From Gammaproteobacteria bacterium (GTDB taxonomy: Bacteria > Pseudomonadota > Gammaproteobacteria > UBA9214): a stretch of DNA of 42,853 bases. Of the stretch, positions 37,155 through 42,853 are shown in pieces. The stretch is taken from assembly GCA_049688075.1 (NCBI GenBank), contig JBAVKA010000034.1, forward strand, positions 1-42,853, written 5' to 3'. Each line of letters starts with the position of its first letter. Position 1 is the first letter of the stretch. The position numbers and the translations under genes were made by a program. A model generated the notes under the pieces. That model saw only the letters and a program-made list of their open reading frames with translations, did no database searches and was not told where the DNA came from.

Positions 37155-39713
37155 TTACAGCCAGATGATATGCCCGGTCTCGAAGGGGTGGCATAGCAGC
37201 CGGTGGTATGGATAGATGCGCAACTTGTAGATCTGCAGTCCTGACAGCGGCGGAATAAGGTTGAGTTCGAAGACTGCTTCGCCCCGGTCATTATTTCCGG
37301 CGGATTCGAAGGGTATGCGCTTGTGTTCCGTGAATTGTCCGTGTTCGTTCTCGGTACCGATGACGCATTCGAGAATGACGTCTTCCGCGGTCAACTCCCC
37401 CAGTATCGCCGCCACCCGGATGTTGAGACTGTCGCCGGACATGATGCAGGCCGCCGCGTTGTCGATGCGACGCAGGGAAACTGCGGGCCATGAGCGGTCG
37501 ACACATGCTTTCCATTGCGCGAGTTCGCTTGCCCCTTGGAAATTGTCGGCGCTGTACAACCTGCTTTGACAGCTGGCAGGCGCGTAGTACTTGTAAATAT
37601 AGTCGCGAACCATGCGCTGCGCATTGAACTTGGGTATGCAGGATTTCATCGATGCCTTGGACATCTTGACCCAGTTTTCCGAATAGCCCTGGCTGTTGCG
37701 GTCGTAGTATGTCGGGATGACCTGTTTTTCGAGCAGGTCGAGCAGGTCGTTGGCCTCCTCGTGGTTGCGATAAATGGCTTCGAAGTTGGGTGCGTGCGGC
37801 GTGATGGCCCAGCCGTTTTCACCGTTGTAGCCCTCGGCCCACCAGCCATCGAGCACGCTCAGGTTTATGACGCCGTTCATTGCGGCCTTCTGTCCGGAAG
37901 TGCCACTGGCCTCCAGGGGGTACTCGGGGGTGTTCAGCCAGACATCGACCCCGGTGAGGAGTTTGCGCGCCAGCGCCATGTCGTAGCCTTCCAGCAGGAT
38001 GATCTTGCCGATGAAGTCGGGGTCGAGTGAAAATTCATGTATCTTGCGTATCAGTTCCTGGCCCGGCACATCATGCGGGTGCGCCTTGCCCGCAAACAGC
38101 AGCAGTACCGGCTGTTCCGGGTTGTTGAGCAGGCGCTTCAGTCGAGGGGGGTCTGAAAACAGCAGGGTTGCACGCTTGTAGGTGGCAAAGCGCCTTGCGA
38201 ATCCGATGGTGAGGATATCGGATTCTCCCGGCAGGAGATAGCGTGTCAGGCGTTCCATCAGCGCTTCACTGCAGCCATTGCGCCTGAATTGCAGCAGCGC
38301 GCGCCGCAGGATGTTCTCGTGCAAATCGGTTTTCAGGGACTGTCGCAGGCTCCAGTAGCTGTGGTCGGGAATCTCATCGATCAGATCCCAGTATTCGCTG
38401 TTGAGCAGTTCATCACGCCAGGCGCGCCCGAAGCGCATGTCGTAGAGGTTGGACCATTCATGTGCCAGAAACGTGGGCAGATGAACGCCGTTGGTGACAT
38501 AACCGATCGGATTCTCCGCATGCGGTACTTGCGGCCAGATATAGCCCTCCATCTCGGAGGCGACGCTGCCGTGAATGCGGCTTACCCCGTTATGGTACCT
38601 GGAACCGCGCAGCGCGAAGGCGGTCTGGTTGAAGTTGCCCGGGTTGCCGGGCGTGGCGCCCAGTTCCAGAAGGCGCTGCATATCAATCCCCAGCTCCTGT
38701 ATGTAATCCACGAAATAGTGGCTTACCAGGCCGTGATCGAAGATGTCGTGACCAGCAGCGACGGGTGTGTGTGTGGTGAATACCGTACCTGCCGCTACGA
38801 GCTCGAGGGCGGTGGAGAAATCCTGACCCTGCTGCACACACTCGCGGCAGCGTTCGAGTATCTGGAAGGCGGAGTGCCCCTCGTTGATATGCCACACTGT
38901 CGGCTGCATGCCGATCGCCCGCAACGCACGCACGCCACCGATACCCAGGACGATCTCCTGCTGTATACGCGTGTTCTTGTCACCACCGTAAAGCTGGTGG
39001 GTGATGATGCGGTCGTGCTCGTGGTTCTCTTCCAGATCGCTGTCGAGCAGATACAGGGTGATATGGCCCGCTTTCGCCTGCCAGACGTGCAGCTGCACCT
39101 TGCGTCCGTTCAGATTGACCGCGACGCGCAACGGCTTGCCGCTGCCATCCTTGACCTGGGTTATCGGGAGCGCGCTGAAATCGGTGGGCTGGTAGTGGGC
39201 GAGCTGATTGCCGTGTGCATCGATGGTCTGGGTGAAGTAGCCCTGCCGGTAAAGTATCCCGACCGCAACAAACGGGATGCCAAGATCGCTGGCTGCCTTG
39301 CAGTAATCGCCCGCCAGGATGCCGAGGCCGCCGGAATAGATGGGCAGGCTTTCATGAAAGCCGAATTCGGCGCAGAAATAGGCGATCAGATCCTGCTCGG
39401 CATCGAGATAGCCCTGAATGAGGGGGTGGGTACCCTGCTCCAGGTAGCTGTCGTAGGAGGAAAGGATGCGGTTGAAATCCTCCATGAATACCCGGTCATC
39501 GGTGGCTTCCTTCAGTCGTTGCTGGGAGATCCGTCGCAGGAACGTCTTGGGGTTGTGACCACAGGAACCCCAGAGATCCTGATCGAGCCGGGTGAACAGC
39601 CTGCGCACCTGCCGGTCCCAGCTGTAGAGCAGATTATTGGCGAGTTCGTCCAGGCGTTTCAGTTGGTGCGGGATACGGGGCTGAACTTCCAGCGTGAAGC
39701 GTGTTCCAGACAT
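37155..39713 (-). CDS. glgP: alpha-glucan phosphorylase (GT35, long GlgP-type)
   Basis: 852 aa with SGGLGILAGDYCKAASDLGIPFVAVGILYRQGYF and EASGTSGQKAAMNG (the PLP-lysine region). Confidence 0.93.
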   Translation of the reverse strand: MSGTRFTLEVQPRIPHQLKRLDELANNLLYSWDRQVRRLFTRLDQDLWGSCGHNPKTFLRRISQQRLKEATDDRVFMEDFNRILSSYDSYLEQGTHPLIQGYLDAEQDLIAYFCAEFGFHESLPIYSGGLGILAGDYCKAASDLGIPFVAVGILYRQGYFTQTIDAHGNQLAHYQPTDFSALPITQVKDGSGKPLRVAVNLNGRKVQLHVWQAKAGHITLYLLDSDLEENHEHDRIITHQLYGGDKNTRIQQEIVLGIGGVRALRAIGMQPTVWHINEGHSAFQILERCRECVQQGQDFSTALELVAAGTVFTTHTPVAAGHDIFDHGLVSHYFVDYIQELGIDMQRLLELGATPGNPGNFNQTAFALRGSRYHNGVSRIHGSVASEMEGYIWPQVPHAENPIGYVTNGVHLPTFLAHEWSNLYDMRFGRAWRDELLNSEYWDLIDEIPDHSYWSLRQSLKTDLHENILRRALLQFRRNGCSEALMERLTRYLLPGESDILTIGFARRFATYKRATLLFSDPPRLKRLLNNPEQPVLLLFAGKAHPHDVPGQELIRKIHEFSLDPDFIGKIILLEGYDMALARKLLTGVDVWLNTPEYPLEASGTSGQKAAMNGVINLSVLDGWWAEGYNGENGWAITPHAPNFEAIYRNHEEANDLLDLLEKQVIPTYYDRNSQGYSENWVKMSKASMKSCIPKFNAQRMVRDYIYKYYAPASCQSRLYSADNFQGASELAQWKACVDRSWPAVSLRRIDNAAACIMSGDSLNIRVAAILGELTAEDVILECVIGTENEHGQFTEHKRIPFESAGNNDRGEAVFELNLIPPLSGLQIYKLRIYPYHRLLCHPFETGHIIWL

Positions 39714-39848
39714 GGTTGATCCTTGCTAGTAAATCACGCCGGACGAGCGGATAGGCTCGCCGTGATAAACAACCGGTGGCGTGATGGTATTTGTCATTAT
39801 TGTTGGCAAATTGTTTGTCAAGAAGTTATTCCTGCCAGACCTGTTTTT

Positions 39849-39935
39849 TGGTGCCGGGAGCGAGAATCGAACTCGCACGAGGTTGCCCTCACCAGATTTT
39901 GAGTCTGGCGCGTCTACCAGTTCCGCCATCCCGGC
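39849..39935 (-). tRNA. tRNA-Leu (anticodon CAA)
   Basis: The reverse complement is GCCGGGATGGCGGAACTGGTAGACGCGCCAGACTCAAAATCTGGTGAGGGCAACCTCGTGCGAGTTCGATTCTCGCTCCCGGCACCA. It has a long variable arm, the anticodon loop CTCAAAA, and an encoded CCA. Confidence 0.93.
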
Positions 39936-40010
39936 ATGAGGACGCTAGTATAAGCAATCCCCGCAAGCGGGCAAGCCGTCTGTTATACCCGTGTGATACC
40001 ATCACGCACC

Positions 40011-42177
<2,167 letters not shown>

Positions 42178-42273
42178 TAACGCGCCGCGGACCAGGGGTA
42201 CGATCGGCCGTTATTCCCGGTGCGCGACTTCAGAAACTGAATCAAATCACAACACGGGAGCGAAACAACCGTC

Positions 42274-42603
42274 ATGAGTTTCTTCATTACTGATGCCTGG
42301 GCAGAGGCTGCAACTCAGGGACCGGCGGACCCGCTGGTGAGTTTTCTGCCACTGATCTTTATTTTTGTGGTGTTCTATTTTCTGCTGATCCGTCCGCAGA
42401 GCAAGAAGGCCAAGGAACATAAACAAATGGTCGAGGCGCTCGCCAAGGGCGATGAGGTGGTGACCAGCGGAGGGCTGCTCGGCCGGATTACCAGCGTGGG
42501 TGATAACTTCGTGGAGCTGGAACTCGGCGAGGATATGAAGGTCAAGGTACAGCGACAGGCCATTGCCACCCTGATGCCAAAGGGTACGATCAAGGACTCG
42601 TAA
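42274..42603 (+). CDS. yajC: preprotein translocase subunit YajC
   Basis: 109 aa with a single TM helix, RPQSKKAKEHKQM and GDEVVTSGGLLGRI. Confidence 0.93.
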   Translation: MSFFITDAWAEAATQGPADPLVSFLPLIFIFVVFYFLLIRPQSKKAKEHKQMVEALAKGDEVVTSGGLLGRITSVGDNFVELELGEDMKVKVQRQAIATLMPKGTIKDS

Positions 42604-42628
42604 TTGCCCGTAACATGGAATCAACCGC

Positions 42629-42853
42629 ATGATCCATCAGTACCCGCTTTGGAAGAACCTTCTGATTCTCGCCGTTTTTCTCATCAGCTGCATATATGCG
42701 CTGCCCAACGTCTATGGCGAGGATCCCGCGCTGCAGATCACCAATGCGCGTGCAGGCAAGCTGGAGGCAGGTGTTCAGGACAAGGTGGAGAATACGCTTA
42801 AAACGGCCGGTATCGACTTCAAGAGCATCGAATCGGATGACCAGGAAATACTG
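42629..42853 (+). CDS. secD: protein translocase subunit SecD, N-terminal fragment (runs off the window end)
   Basis: MIHQYPLWKNLLILAVFLISCIYALPNVYGEDPALQIT... closely parallels the E. coli SecD N-terminus. The frame is open to the window edge, so it is not in the track. Confidence 0.85.
   Translation, partial: MIHQYPLWKNLLILAVFLISCIYALPNVYGEDPALQITNARAGKLEAGVQDKVENTLKTAGIDFKSIESDDQEIL

Noticed and set aside
38289-39719. Very long ORFs antisense to clearly conserved genes: 38289..39719 (+) opposite glgP, 4419..5627 (-) opposite lysS, 10167..11180 (+) opposite the NhaD gene, 14659..15732 (+) opposite potG, 40095..41300 (-) opposite queA/tgt, and 35855..36583 (-) opposite malQ.
   Set aside because: Their translations are low-complexity and rich in R, G, A and P, with no recognisable motifs. 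The opposite strand in each case encodes a protein with unmistakable family signatures. Long stop-free antisense frames are expected in GC-rich coding DNA.

Overview
This is a moderately GC-rich, gammaproteobacterial-type chromosomal segment, and most of it is housekeeping. All motif matches and family assignments below were made by eye from the sequence, without searches.

Gene order:
- 1-5744: thrC 3' end, a conserved hypothetical protein, recJ, prfB (classic +1 programmed frameshift), lysS.
- 5941-9693: mltD (three LysM domains), a SAM-methyltransferase, rnhA, dnaQ.
- 9702-12780: an NhaD-type antiporter, then a zone of small ORFs.
- 12777-16895: a potFGHI-like polyamine ABC operon.
- 17464-19039: a VOC-fold protein and a DUF900-type lipoprotein hydrolase.
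- 19250-22816: tRNA-Arg(CCT), then a roughly 3.4 kb decayed integrative island. The island lies between a 43-nt duplicate of the tRNA-Ala 3' end and the intact tRNA-Ala(CGC). It carries a multiply disrupted tyrosine integrase.
- 22959-30386: a compact cluster of motility and c-di-GMP regulators only. It contains a 59-codon FlgM-like ORF that is below the ORF-track cutoff, FleQ, a globin-like/GGDQF/EAL protein, FleN, FliA and a GYF-domain membrane protein.
- 30383-31769: an AMMECR1 + MEMO pair.
- 31840-39713: glycogen genes glgB, glgC, malQ, glgP.
- 39849-42853: tRNA-Leu(CAA), queA, tgt, yajC, secD 5' end.

I saw no CRISPR array, no recognisable defence genes and no intact transposase. I did not find a clear-cut new multi-gene system. 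The best candidates for something undescribed are:
- the regulator-only FleQ/PDE/FleN/FliA/mini-FlgM module, with its promoters and a shared 16-nt motif;
- a family of small Arg-rich ORFs sharing a P-x-L/D...RR-x3-(D/T)RR signature, with two tandem copies, one copy in the island, and a related tail on the GYF protein.
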